This document shows positions 23,229 through 37,364 of a DNA stretch of 64,000 bases, in pieces. The stretch's first letter is position 1; every line of letters begins with the position of its first letter. Below the pieces are notes generated by a model. It did not search any database and was not told the origin of the DNA. It worked only from the letters and a program-made list of their open reading frames with translations. The stretch comes from Macrostomum lignano (Eukaryota), in contig NIVC01003380.1 of NCBI GenBank assembly GCA_002269645.1, forward strand, positions 1 through 64,000, in the 5' to 3' direction. The translations under genes were made by a program, and so were the position numbers.

Positions 23229-26200
23229 GGCAATCCTACACTTCCGTTCGGTAAATTATTTTCACATTTGAATTCGTACCACTGAGTCAAATGACGTTGA
23301 TTGGCAATGTGTCTATGGCCAAAAGTTTGAGCGAACAGAGTTTAAAGGGGTGTCAGTTTAAGGGAGCTGTTGCTTGTGAGCTGCTCATTATTGAGCTTCA
23401 ATTTCTCATATCTTCCAGTCTTCATTGCCATGGAGACATGTCCACACCAACACCGTGGAGGGCACATGGGCCCACGCGAAGCGCAAGATCCGCAACATGC
23501 ATGGCACGAGCGACGCTCTCTTCGATGCACACATTAAGGAATTTCTCTGGCGTCGTCTGTATCCCCAATGTCCATTTGGGGCTATCCTGTACTAGGCATT
23601 CTGGTGAGGTTTTTGAAGTTCTAAGATTAACTTTTTTTTTATTTTCTTAGATAGAGCATATATGTATGAGTAAAAGGACACCTCATTTTTGAAAATTGGT
23701 CAAATAATAAAAAAGTTATGACATTTTAATTTTTTTATTTTTTGTCCCCTTTGTAATGTATTTTTCCCATAAGGCTCTGTGACACTTTTTCACGAAACTA
23801 TCACATTTTTTTACTTTAAATTGGCATAACTTTTTTTCTACTAGATGATTTTTTTTCAGCAAGGTGTCATTTTTTTGCTTCTTTCTCATTCTATACAATG
23901 ATTATGTCCATGTTGTTTGGTTTAAATTTTGTTATAAATAAACTACTGGGAAGTATGACATAACATTGATATTTGTGGAGAAAAAATGATTTATAAAGAA
24001 TGTGTAGGATTTTTTATTGGATTTTTTACCTACTTTTTATATTTCTATCATCTCAGCCTTACAAGTTCCTTCTAGAGTGCATTAATACCTTTAATTAATG
24101 CATTAGATAATTATTAATTAATGAATTAATTAGTGAATTAATGTGTAATAAATGAATTATTTGATTAATAATATACTTATACACATCCATAGGCAATATA
24201 ACTCAAGTGCAGCTTGGACATAGTACTCAGGATATAGTTATGGTCACATTGACATGTCAATTGAAAATAGTATAATGAAAGTACTCATTGAACCAGTTCT
24301 TGTCTTCATTACAGCTGAATTCCGATTTTAACTTCGTCAATATTCAATCACCATGTCTGACTCTGAGTCAGCTAACCAGCTAACCCAGGGCCAGGTTACT
24401 GTACAAGCTGCACTGGATGTTCTCAAGTGCAGCAACCTGGAGATGCTTCTTCAGATGCTTGGCATCAGTGGCGAGACTGGTGGCGGTGCTGTGAAGCCCA
24501 ACTCGGTTGTGAAGCGCATCCAGCGCCTGAAGGTCCAGCTCGCCAGGCTCAAGAAGAATGGACAGCGAGGGGCTGCTGAAGTTCAAGCATTGCTGCACAG
24601 CCCATTTCTGACTGTGTCAATGCCAGCAGCTGCTGCACAACCTGGGCCATCTGCAGCCTTGCCCTCAGGCTCTGGTGCTGGTCCTCCAGCGTCATCCACC
24701 AGTGGCAGTGTCGGAGCTGACACTGCAGCTGTCACTGTAAGCAGTGCTGCTGATGTTGCCACAGTCAGCACTCCTTGCCAACTTCGTGTGCTGCTGCCTG
24801 GCACTGCCGCTGACGAGGCAACACCAAGAAGATCAACGTCATGTGCCAGTCCAGCGCTGTTGATTAAGCGACAGCGGCTGGATTTGTCGTCGGAGATGCT
24901 GGCACAAGAACTGTCAGGTGCAAAGGTAATTCTTTCCACTTCAATAATAATAGACTTTACTTCAATAATTAATTAATAAAAATGGCTCCTGATTTTGAAC
25001 AGTGAACTACTGATGCTCTGAGACCCTACCCATTTAAAACTGTTTTCTACACTACAGTCTGCAAGCTTCGATCTTTCGTCTGAGGTCGCCAAGCTCCTCA
25101 AGGTGGTCGAGCAGAAGGATGGCGAGATTGCACGTCTAAGAGGTGCGCTGCAACGACGGCCAACAGCGCGAGTGTTGAAGCAGCGCCTGAAGAGGTACCA
25201 AGACCGCCTGCATTCTGCCAAGTGTCAGGCTGCCACTGCAATGGCGGCCGCTGGAACTGCGCAGCGCCAAGCGGCAAAAAATTCGCATGACGTGGTGACT
25301 GCTCATGCATTTGGCCGGCTTCGCCGGCTGAACACAACACTCGAAGTGCAGCTCAAGGAGCTGAGACGGCAGGTGCAGCGCTTTCTGGGCATCGAGCGCA
25401 GGCTGAAGTTTGCCAGATCAACAATTTCAGCACTTCGGAATGACATACGCAAGGTGCATATTGCGCTTGGTGAGGCCAATGAGAAGCTACTGCAAGCTCA
25501 GCAGCCTAAACCACACGTCATTGCGACGATGGAGACCCGCCCAGCTGATGAAGGCTGCCAGGCTCTCGGTGGGCGTCGGTACACGCGCCCAGTGATCGAA
25601 GCATGTGTGCACTTGGTGCTGGCGAACCATGTGCCAGTTAAACACGTGCCTTGCGCCATCCGCACAGTCCTTGGGACTATTGCCGAATTTAACGTTGCCA
25701 ACCTTCTCCTGCCATGTCCATCGCACATCAGCATGATAACCTATGCAGTTGGCAACACCCTCGCCAAGACCGCAGCGATGGAGGAGATTCTGGGGGCGGT
25801 CGCTGACGACCGAGGCACGTCACTGAAGACCGACGGGACGTCGAAGAAGGGCCTCCACTTCGCAGAATATGAGGTTAGTGTTGTACTTTTGCTGTGATCA
25901 CTGATCAGGGCAACTGAATAGTGGATTAGCATTTGAATTTAATTGACAGCTGTCAGCAACTTTTTTGTTTTTTATAGTCCTGATCAACTTTTAGAGTTTC
26001 TGTCCTCCATTTTATTTTCATTTCCTTTTCCAACTTTTACAATGACAGGTTGACACTGGTGACGGTCGCCAGTACACTCTCGGCGTTCGCGAGGTGGAGG
26101 GCGGTACGGCTGCAATGTACGCACGCGAACTTGACGGTGCCGTCGACGACATGATTGACGCATACGTGGCACTGAAGCTGCCGGCGTCCAGTGCCGAAGA

Positions 26201-29200
26201 ACGGCTCCAGCTGAAGGCGACGCTTCTTCTGCGACTCCGGTTCATCATGACGGACCGTCACGTGGTGAACCGCAGCCTGCGTGTGATGCTGGATGAGATG
26301 CGAACCGCCCTAGCTGATCAGGTCGGCGAAGATGCTCCAGAGCCAGTGGTACCGTTGTACTGCGGCATGCATCTCATTGTTAACCTGGCAGCTGCTTCTG
26401 AGTCTGCGCTGCGTGAATTTGAAGCCTGCGTGTCTGTTGCACCAATTGGGGCTGCCGCTTTGCCAGGTTTTCACCCATCAAAGACCGAGTCTGGCACACA
26501 GCGCCTGGTGCGCACAGCCTGCAAGGCGCTTCACCGGAATGGCAACGAGCAGTGTGGCGTTGCTGGGCCTTTCGAGGCATTCATGAGTTCGAGACCCAGA
26601 GGAAGGTTCACCATGGAGGACTTTCGTGGCAACAGGTAAGTTTTTATTTTTTGTGTACTGTTTAAGTAGGTAATGTTTCGTACTACTTTAGTACTTATAC
26701 TGATGTAAAAAGGTTCTTACGTGAAAAAGATATGAAAAAGTCTTATGTGAAAAAGCTGTTTTTTTTCCAACAATTCACAGGGCTTATGTTCTGTTTCCCA
26801 ATGGCGGCAGCCTGTTCTGGCAGCGCGAGGACATCGCACAGTTTCTGGTGCAGTATCCCGCCAGCAACCGCCTGCTGTTTGCTGTTCAGGCAGACATCAG
26901 CTCTCGAGTCCTCCTGGCTGGCTGTCGAGCTCTAGGGTTCCTCGACCTCATCCTGCTCCGGCCTCTCTGGTTGCTGCTACGTAGCAAACGTGTCTCGATT
27001 GTCGACATGAACGAGAAGTACGAAGTTCTCTGCCAATGGCTGCGCTCCATTGCTCTGGCACCTGACTTCGACACAACGCAGTCAACATCTGGTCCTTTTC
27101 CCGAGCTGATGCCGCAAGTTTTACTTGGTGCAGAGGCCCAGGCCATCTGGGAGTGCGTCACGTCCGAGGAGCTGCTGGAGGCAGACAACGTCCTGACTTC
27201 CCAGGCAGTGAAGGTTGGTTTATATACCTGGATTGCTGTACTGCTGAATGATTGCATAGTGAATTAATGGAAACCTGCGTGTATGCATGCCATTTGAAAG
27301 AATGCTCACAGATGGCCTCACAAACATAAAAAATAATACAGTCTACAAATACGATTATTATTGCGTGTGTCTCACGAAAATGTTATTTTCTCTTTATTTT
27401 CTCATTTCAGACTATGTGTGCATTCATGGCCATCCTTGTCGAGCGCGAGGTGAGCGACCATTTGCCTGGAGGCCTCCTTCGCAATCTTTCGGACAAGGAC
27501 GCTCAGCTTGCTGCCTCAGCACCGAAGGACAATGTGTCCGGAGAGCGTGCATTCGGCAAGCTTGACTACGGCATCCGTGACAAGCCGAATATGCGGCCGC
27601 TCGCAAGAGAGTCGCTTGTCATCTTTGGCCAGAATGCAACCGCCAGTTGGCTGAGTGAGAAGTCGACGCAGGAGCGCAACACTCTTTTTGACCGAGCTCG
27701 GGCCATGTCCCAGAAGCTGGAGAAGCAGTGGCGTGATCAAGGCCAGGTGATCAAGGAGTACCGCCAGGCTATTCTGCAGCAGCGCTTTGCCACAAAGCAG
27801 AACAAGGAGGAGGCCCGAGCGCGTAATCTCCGGAAGGTGTACCGCGAGGCCGGCGACTATGGTGGACTTTGGGCGACTGAGCAGCAGTTGGTGCAGACTG
27901 CAGAGGCTCTCCCATCGACTGAGCTGGAGCTGGCTCTGAAGGCCCAGTTGCGCCTTCATCGAGCAATGAGTAAATAAAATTCTGCTCTGTCAATGCAATG
28001 TTGCAGTTAGATGTTTAAAAACTTACAGTTACACTTGCAAGTTGCATACAAATACAATAGATGTTATTACTCTCAACTTTTTTTCAACACAGAGACTCCG
28101 CTGCCGGCTGGCAAGAGTGGCCTGCTCAACTTCAGCTCACGTGGCGTCAAGCGTACGCTGAAGCAGCTCCAGGAGCAAGTCTCCGAGCTCATCACCATCG
28201 TCAGCGCATCAGATGCCAAGACCAACGCCGAGTCAGAGGTAGTCACTGAGGCCGAGGGCGAAATTCTCCCAACTGCCAACTGTGCAGCGAAGATCAGCGA
28301 GCTCGTGGCAAAGAAGCTGCAACCTCCTGCTCCCCGGCAGCCAAACAGACCGAATCGCGGACAGCGGCAGCAAACTGAAGGTCGTGGTCGTGAAAAGGAG
28401 ACTGACAGCGATCGTGTGGTACACAATGAGGAGGACGTGCAACGCACACTGAGCAACATCCCGGAGCTCGTCGGCACGAGAGTTGAAGTACTCTTCAGCT
28501 ACACTGATGGGGACCAGTGGGAGGAGGGTGCTGTTGTACGGCAGCTCCCAGCAGCCCGTGGTAGCCGGGACTTTCTGGACCGCCGGTTCACAATTGTCTT
28601 CGACAACTACCCCAACGAGCACTTTGAGTACGATCTGTATAAAGATTGGCTGGGGTCCACACTCAATGTTCTCTCCGATTGATTCATTGATTGATTCCAA
28701 TTGATTGTTTTGCGTGACGCCTGCATTCTAACCTCCCACACACACTGCCTCCCACACACACTGCCCCCAGCCTCACTTATTGACACCATACAATTACCAG
28801 ACAAACAAAGACCTGCTAATTGTTGTTGTATTTTTTTTCTAGCATTCATGCCCTCTACATGCCAGTTGCCAGCAGTATATAACCAAGTTGCAAGCTGTAC
28901 ATATAAGGCACAGTTGGCATAGTTCTCTGTATACCATAGTTTAAAGATTATTGCATCAGCGTTCTTTTGCATTGTGATGATAACTTCTTGCATATGATCG
29001 AACTCTAAGAGGTCCAAAATGGCCTCATCAGGCCAAGTATTTAAACAATGCAAAAAAACATCAACAGCAATCGCAATGTCCTGTTGTTACTTGCTACTTA
29101 CTGCTGGCCACTCGCTACATTTTTCATGTCATTTTGTCGAATGTTACTTTAATGCTGGTATGCTGGTGTTATATGTATATATATATATATATATATTGAT

Positions 29201-30254
29201 GTAGTGCAGTAACTTGTTGTCATACAGCTGAGCCAGCAACGTGTGTGCTTGCCGAGTGAGCAAGTAATGTGAAAATAAATAAGACTCACAGATATTCATA
29301 TATGACAGTGTGTCTATATCTGTATACATACGTATCGAAATCGTTTTTTTATTAAAAGTGTCACAGTCAAGCAATGTGCACAAATTGATAAATATGATTA
29401 CAATGCAAATTGGAGAAAGATGCTGCACACGAGTTGATCAATGGTTGTGCTACCGGATCCAGGGCCAGGGTGGTCTGAAATGCAACGTAGGGTGGTTTAC
29501 TTTGAATCAGTCGCGCGTTGTTGCGCGTTAAGATAGCTCCAAAATTATTTTTGCATCTTATTCACCATGAAATCCTACGTAAAAAACATCGTGTCACCAC
29601 CCTGTCACCAGTCTTGTTTCGAGTCAAAAATTTTAGTTGAAGACTTTGGACTAATATTTATAGAAGAAAAATATCTCAATTTTCTTTGCATTGCAGAAGA
29701 AATATATTCCGTAACTATTAATCTTTGTTTTACTGAAAACCGCTTATCAAAAAAAGCACTCGTTTTGATGCAATTCAAATTTCTGTCGGTCACTTAATTT
29801 TCCCGTGTTGTCACAGTTTCCAAAGCATGGTGAATTTGTTTGTTTTTCAAATTACCGTAGCTTCACTATTTGACATTGTAGGAACCTCCAAGTAGTCTCA
29901 AATTAAAGCTTAAATCTCTCTCTTCAGGACATATATTTCCGTTTTTCTTAACTCTCTTGGTTTTCTAGTTTTTTTATCATATGAAGTTGGTATCATTTAG
30001 CTCTTTTTAGCAGATTTTGCTCGGCACGCACAGGTCACGTGACCCTCACCAGAATGCCTACCTGTACTGGATTGGACATTACTATCCATTGTAGACACCT
30101 TAATGACCTGCAGACACACTCTAAGTGACTATGCGCTCTAACAGACTGCTACCATGTTCCACTGTTTTAGTTTTGTTTGGTTACATTGTTATTTACCACG
30201 CCTGTTCAAAATTCAATGTCAAAATAATTTACCGAACGGAAGTGTAGGATTGCC
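23229..30254 (+). mobile_element. Full-length DNA transposon with GGC termini and 9-bp TSD (hAT/MULE-type DDE group), 7026 bp
   Basis: TIR GGCAATCCTACACTTCCGTTCGGTAAATTATTTT(C/G)ACATT of about 40-45 bp at both ends. Perfect 9-bp TSD TATAGACAC at 23220-23228 and 30255-30263. Confidence 0.93.
24353..28682 (+). CDS. DDE transposase with coiled-coil N-terminus and C-terminal Tudor-like domain, 6 exons, about 1185 aa
   Basis: Exons 24353-24925, 25058-25873, 26049-26635, 26781-27213, 27411-27969 and 28093-28682 splice in phase without stops (3558 nt). Putative triad KTDGTSK, MTDRHVVN and SGERAFG, with the CxxH motif YCGMH. Confidence 0.83.
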
Positions 30255-30939
30255 TATAGACACTACTAATAGGTATAAGTACATTGATACAAAAGTACAT
30301 TAATAGAGAGAAGTTTAACCATGCCTATTACAACTTTGGTGGCTAATTACTGAGATATTAATAGAGGGAACTAACCCCTACATCAACTTTGGTGGCATTG
30401 TGAGATTATTTATAAATACAAAAGGTTAGCCCTTTGACAATAGGATTATTCTAAGGGACAAAAGTTAGCCCTATGCTACATTCAAGACCAATGCTTGCTT
30501 ATTTTTTGGGCAAATACTATATACGATTTAAAGTGTGGCTAGGCTAGGGCTATCTTAGCCTTAGGCATATGCTTCTCATTGTCATTGGCATTAATTAATT
30601 AATAAGTAAGTCTTAATAATAAATAGGCCTAATATTAATAATAATTATGTTCTAGTTCTATCCCTACCCTAAAGTAAGCCTAAAAGCCTAGGCCCTAAAC
30701 TAGCTAAACTAATATTTTATGAAAGAAAATCAAATATACTAAAAATGAAAATTTTACTCTAATTATATATTACTTTAATTTTATAGATTAGATTAGAACT
30801 AGACTAGCTTTTATTTACTTAATTAACATTACAAAACTATCAATTTGTCTAACTCGAAGTCAGGCAAATGGCAAATTTATGACATGAGATAGAACTGCCT
30901 AGTAGGCTAAACTTTGCAGACTGACTAACTTGATAACTT

Positions 30940-30975
30940 ACCATTACCAATAAATTCGATGACCATACATCCCTA
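30940..30975. repeat. Orphan hAT-type right terminus
   Basis: Reverse complement TAGGGATGTATGGTCATCGAAT. Same TAGGGATG start as the element at 31017; no partner found. Confidence 0.4.
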
Positions 30976-31016
30976 GCCAAAGCAAAGGGCTAATGTGCTA
31001 TATACAAAGGCGACAG

Positions 31017-34000
31017 TAGGGATGTCGCGATTCCCCGGGGAAAAAAAAAAATAAGTAAAAAACGGCGGATAACTTAGATCTTAAGTAATAAAGTGGCATT
31101 TTTAAAACTTTGATTAAAGCTTCGGACTACATGTTCAAGGCGCAAGGATAAAAACTTTAAGCAATGTTTGTTTAAAACTGTATTTAATTTGACAACGTGA
31201 CATCACCAAATCGTGCGCGCACCTGGGTCGTTCTCAAAGCTAGGTCACAACTTTTTGTTATTGCAAAAAAAGTTTATACATCGACCAATAATCGTACAAA
31301 AAAAATTCTTTCGACAATTTCTGTAAGAAGCTGCTACTAAAACCACAAGAAAACTTGAAATTGACAAGAAATCAAGGCTATTTGTTATTCTTTGTTGCGG
31401 AAAATAAACGACAAAAATATTAAAGAGAAAATAAAATTTTCTTCTATTTTTATTTTAAATATGCAGTTAAATTTCTTTTGCAAAAATAAAAGAACAAGAA
31501 ATTGACAAAGGAAATGTTTTTGAGCACAGCATTTTGTTACTCTGCTCTAAATCCCAGACATTTAAAATTATCGTGTGCGAAAAAGTGCGAAATTATTATA
31601 GCATGCACTCGAAAGGACTTCGATCAGTTTAACTAATCACTGAATTAAGAAGTCTAAATAAGTCTTGAAAGGTTGAATTAAAAATCAAGTTTTCACTATG
31701 TATCTTTTCAAAGTTAAGATGATTCGACAAATAAAGAATGTTCATTTTTATGGTTAATAGAATTGTTTTCATTTTTACATTAAATATAATAAAATCTAAC
31801 TAATAATAGAAAAAGTCAGGGAACTATCCTTGAACACCAAAAAGCACATTGTGGATTTAATATCGACTGCATGTTCCTTAATAAAGGAATTCGGATACTA
31901 GTATATATTTGATTATTTGTAGCATAATTTCTGAAAACTATAACTTGCTTGATTTTACTTTAAGTACTTATTACATTAATACTTATACCAAAGCTACATG
32001 TACTTAAAATAAAAAATTATAGTTACTTATTAGACATTTTACTCCAATTAACTTAAAATAATTCAAATTTATTTTAATTAATTCATTTTTTGAAACTTTT
32101 TGGAAAATAGACAAAATTGAATTATTTAATTACCAAAAACCTACTAGCTTAACTAAAATAGCAATTAGTCTTTAAGAAAAGATTTCACTTGTTAATTGAG
32201 AAAAATGAGGATGTGCGAGGTGTAAAAATGCGAAAGAGCATGCAGGAAACAGAGACAAACAAAAATGTAGGTAAAAGACACTGCACATGCACATAATATG
32301 ATAACCAGACATAATGCGCACACTGAAACACCAGTAGCAATGACGCCCAAGCTTTTGATGATCACAAGTGAAAAGGCAAAACCCAGCCATCTAATCAAAG
32401 AAGTAGACTATAGCACGCATATTGAGTGCATCACGCATTTTTTGCAGAGAAGCTCGAAAATTAACATTGTATTCTGTGCACAACCACCAACTGCGACAGG
32501 GTCTGCCGGGGGATTTGTGGGCACGCGGTCGCGGATACAAATCGGAGGAGTCGCTGACCATTCTGAAATTACTAGCTAGCACATGTAATTTTGTGTATTA
32601 ATATTTTTTAGCCCGCTTTATTTCTATGCTCTCGTCCGCCTCTCGTTAATGCATCCCCAGACTCATGCAAAAATTAAACTTATGATCGAACTATGCATGG
32701 CTTCCGTCCCTCGCTTTGAATCTCTCACCTCCCCATAGTTCCATCAACCTTACCGTAGTGGCTTCCTATGCAAAAATCATCCCTCCGCATCTTACACAGG
32801 CTACTTCAGGCTGTAGACTGTACTACACTATTAATTAGTTGCGCGAAAGAATCTACATGTATTTTGATCGCAGCGCAGCGCGCTGCTCAAAGAAGTTTAG
32901 ATCTATCTAGATATTCTAGTAATTTCAGGTTTGTCCATAGACTAGAGCTCATGAGATGAGAATTCCATTAACTAGTACATTTAATATGAATGAACAGCGT
33001 GTGTGTGTGCTGTGCATACATATGTATAATATACGAGTAGTTTATGGGCCAAATTATTGTGTGGCACAATTCTTGGCATCACTCAGCAGGCACAAGATGC
33101 AGTTAAGCAGCGCACGAAAATTCTACAAAAGAAATTGAGCCTGGTTGAGGTGATGCGAGGAGGCAGATCCACACAATCTCAGTGAATACACCAGACTGCA
33201 CCAGATACGAGTCCAGTCGAATGTGCGCACTGGTCTAAGCAGCACACGCATGTCCTTCTGACAATGACGGCACCTAGCTTCGTCCAAGCCTTTGCCAGCG
33301 TCACTGACAGCGTCAATACTACCATGCAGTGCCACCTGCAGCACCGACAACGGCAATTCCTCCAGTTAGCCCACAACAGTGGCTAAACTGAGGGACAGGG
33401 AACCTACCCACAGAAGACACACACATACACACACAGCACCGGCAGCAGCACTCTGACAGCATAACCTAAAGCTCCATGAGCTCAGTTTTCAAGCATTGAA
33501 GAAGCAGAAGCAGTCATCTTGGATCCAGGGATCAGGAAGAGTGTTGCATGTCCGACATGTGCTGTTTCCGTGGCAAAAGGTGATGGAGCAAATTAATCAA
33601 CACTTACTATCTAGCTCGTATTAAGACTAAAAAACTGAGGCAAGCTGGGATTAAACTAAAGAAAATTTTTTACTATACTTTTTTACCATACTTTTACTAT
33701 ACTTCTATAGTATAGTAGAGAGGTACTCTATTTAAATGCAGTAAGAAGTGAAACAAATTTATATATTTAATTATTAAATTAAATTAATTCAAGGTAAATA
33801 ACTAATTTAACCAATTTATTAGGAGTATTTATTATTATAATAAAGTGATTTTTATACCTTACACGAAATAAGCTCTACATTCATTTCTTAGCTTGGGGCC
33901 CATCTGTATAAGGTCAGTTTCTTCAAAATGCTGATTAATTAATTAAGGCCTGTTGTCTTTACTTAAATTTATAAGGGCATCTTAGAAGTTAATATTACTA

Positions 34001-35624
34001 TATAATACAGGTATAATAGTATTACTATATTATAATAATATAGTTGCAATTTTAATGACTATTGAATAAGTTTAAATGCTTCCCCTATTGACTCTAAATA
34101 TATGGTATCTTTCCCTTCAGAAAAAATTAGCATAGAATGACTTGATGAAAACAAAAAAAATCATTTCGAGATACACATTTGCTGATCATTCAGGTCAAAT
34201 TTCAAGGTCCAGTTTTGCACATGTTTCTCTGTAGCTTGGTTACAAGGATTTTAATAAAAATATAATAAATATGTCCAATGAACTAACTGATACATAGCCA
34301 AATTGAAGTATTTTCAAAAACAAAAAAATCATTTGCTCAGTTTACTTTACTGGATATCTGTGTAAAATTTCAGCTCAAAAGGTGCTCCATGGAGAATGCT
34401 AGTGTGGTTACAGGATATTTATTTTGTGCTTCAAAGTAGGAGTTAATTGCGATGCATGGTTGCTTTTAATTATTTTTATCAATAATAGTGCTCTATTTCA
34501 TAACAATTTTTTACAAAAAGATAATAAGACATGTTTTTCTAATTATCTGCATCAAAATGTATCATTTTAAGCGCACATTCTAGACGTCAGCTGAAAAATA
34601 CATTTTGTGAGACGCAAAGAGGCTATCCCACCGGAAATGCTAGGCGTCCAGTTAAGCGTCTATAAAATCATTTATAGTGCAGTTTATTGAGCTTTAAAAA
34701 ATTCTTAAATTAAATTTATATAAGCTTTCATTTTAAATGTAATATAGCAAGGTTTCAACACAACAACAACTTGTTTTAGCTACAGACATCTTGTAGTATC
34801 AAAAATTAACATCGGTGAAATGATTGAATTTGAATTTTTTCATCGCTAATTATCGCTTAATACCGCCAGATGATTAAAAACACTTTTGCATGATAAAGTT
34901 CAACCCAAAAATTATCTTTATTCACAGATAAAAGTGTCCTATTATTTTGAATATGGCAGTAACAATAGTAAATGTTCGGAAAATTGTTAAAATTTTTGCT
35001 CCTTCTAGAATTTGCGAACGACCCACCTACCTTTGTCAGAAAGAGTCCAGACTCCGGAGGCGGAAAATGCATGCTCAGCAGCTACACTCGTGGGAGGATA
35101 ATTAATGAATGAGACTGCTTTTATAATCGGAATTTTAATTTCTTGCAGTTGCAGATACATCACCATTTTGTCCTTGTATAATAGGGAGTATTTTGTTATT
35201 GTAATGACACCCCCCTATGCGTCAGTGACTGACGCAGGACACAGCGCTGCATGCCTGCGTCAAATGCGTCAAGCCGTCAACGCAGATTAACACAATAGTC
35301 AGTAAGGCTTCTTTTTCCTGACGGGTTTCTACGCTCGTACGCGCAATTTGCTAGATTGAAAGACTCATGTAGTGGAAATTAAAAAACATTCAAACGTGTG
35401 TTGTGTTTAAAATAATACTGTACATTGAAATAAGCATTTTGCTGTAAAAAAAGCATAGACAGAGTTTCAATCAGCTTTCTGTGAATGATTTTCTTCTTTA
35501 AATGGCGAAAATTAAGTTAAAAATGCTTTTTTTCTCCCCGGGTCCCCTTTTCAATTCCCCGGGGAGTATTCCCCGACAAGCTCCCCCGGGCCCCGGGGAG
35601 CACTCCCCAGGGTCGACATCCCTA
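31017..35624. mobile_element. Non-autonomous hAT element (4608 bp)
   Basis: 11-bp TIR TAGGGATGTCG. Perfect 8-bp TSD GGCGACAG (31009-31016 and 35625-35632). CCCCGGGG subterminal motifs. No intact transposase. Confidence 0.9.
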
Positions 35625-37364
35625 GGCGACAGTATGTCAGTATCAATTTTTCGTGACTCAAACACTTAGAATTTCTCCTGTCCATGGTTTATAAACGGAA
35701 AGGCTCAGAGTGTGGTAGAGGTGATGGTGCTAGTGAGGTGGCGGCGGAGAAAATGAAAATTTTTGTGGTCGGCGGCTGTTGGTCCACTACGAGTCTATGA
35801 CCGGGGGGCCTTTTCATATTGCTTGTTCTGGTTCCAGAACCAGAACCAATTTGTGAAGTTATAACTTTTTGTCTCCATAACTGCTATAAAGTTTTTATTA
35901 TTGAATGACAATCGCCAAGAAGAAAGTGAAAAATGGTGCTAAGTGAAGTTGTTAAGGCAGTCAAACATTCAACAGAATTAAATAGTTATACTGCTATTTT
36001 TCTTGGAAGATCCGAACCGATTCTGATTCTGGAAGGTAATAAAAAGCCTCCGGTTTTTTAGTTCCAGTTCCCAAATCGTACTTTAAAATCCCGCCGTAAC
36101 GGATGTTAAAATGCATATTGAAACAATTTTTTATTGCTTTAAGAATGAAATTGACATTAAGGTTCAAAAAATTGAATAAAATACTATATTATTCAAACTT
36201 TTTTTATTTTATCTCTATTTTTTGTAGAAACAAGTACTAAAATAGAGGTGAATATTCCAAAAAGCACGGTTCCACTCGAAGCAGCTCGATCTACATTATC
36301 GTTATATGTGATACTGTGACGATAACGATATGAAGTAAGAACTCCTTAAAATATGATAAAAATAAAAAATTAATATTTAGAATGAATAAACAAATAAACT
36401 AGTAGACATTTATAAAAAAATGTTTCGTTCTTTTTACACTTGATAAATACAGTAGTTAACTACAATTAAGTTAACTACAATTAATTTAAACTCACAAATA
36501 TTGTGGGAAATTAAGAAATTAACTAATAGCAATTCAAATAATGGTTTTCATTGACGCCTAAAAGTGCGTAAAAGTTAAAGGTCCTTATAAAACATGGGTT
36601 TTGAATATTACATGTGAAATAAAAATATTGAGATAAAAATATAAGATGAGATACATGCAATTTATAAGATTATGATGTTACTTCTGCAGAAGAATACATG
36701 TAATTTTCGTAAAAATTCTATCAATAATTTAATACAGTCATTACGTAAATTAATCCAATAGTGCACCTTGAATGATTAATTGTAATTTCTCTGCAGACGT
36801 TACAAATCTAATTGATCAAATATTAAACATGTAAATATGTTGCACAACTAGATGTAATTCTTAGCTTGCATGTGATCAGGGGCGTGAGCGCGTCGCTATG
36901 GATTTTATGGTGGGGGACAAAGTCAAGAATTCTGAGTGACGAAATCAGTACAATATTTTTATATCGGTGTTTTAACACTCAATTATGCCACACAGACACT
37001 CATTTTGTTCGATTTTTCATAGATTTTACTCAGGCCAGGGGGGGGGGCATATGCAAAGTTGTCCCGATGTCGGCCCCTGTCCCGTGTGGTGACACGGGCC
37101 CTTGCATGTGATTATGCATTTAAAGGTACAATTTCGTAAAAATGAAACAATGTACAAGCTGGAAACAATTGCATATGAATGAAGTCTGTACGCGCCAGCA
37201 TGAACCTCGGAAAAATTGGAAATTAGAGGAGTTACAACTCCGAAAGGCCGAGACCTTTCACGACTGTGAAAGGTCTCGGCCTTTACTCGGCATTTTTAGG
37301 GTTTTTAATTTTTATGGCATTTGATTCAGTGCTAAGAGCAGCACTTCCTTTTGTCCTACGAACC

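Noticed and set aside
28607-29053. 148-aa minus-strand ORF within the 9-bp-TSD element
   Set aside because: Antisense to the transposase 3' end and UTR, with no recognisable motif.
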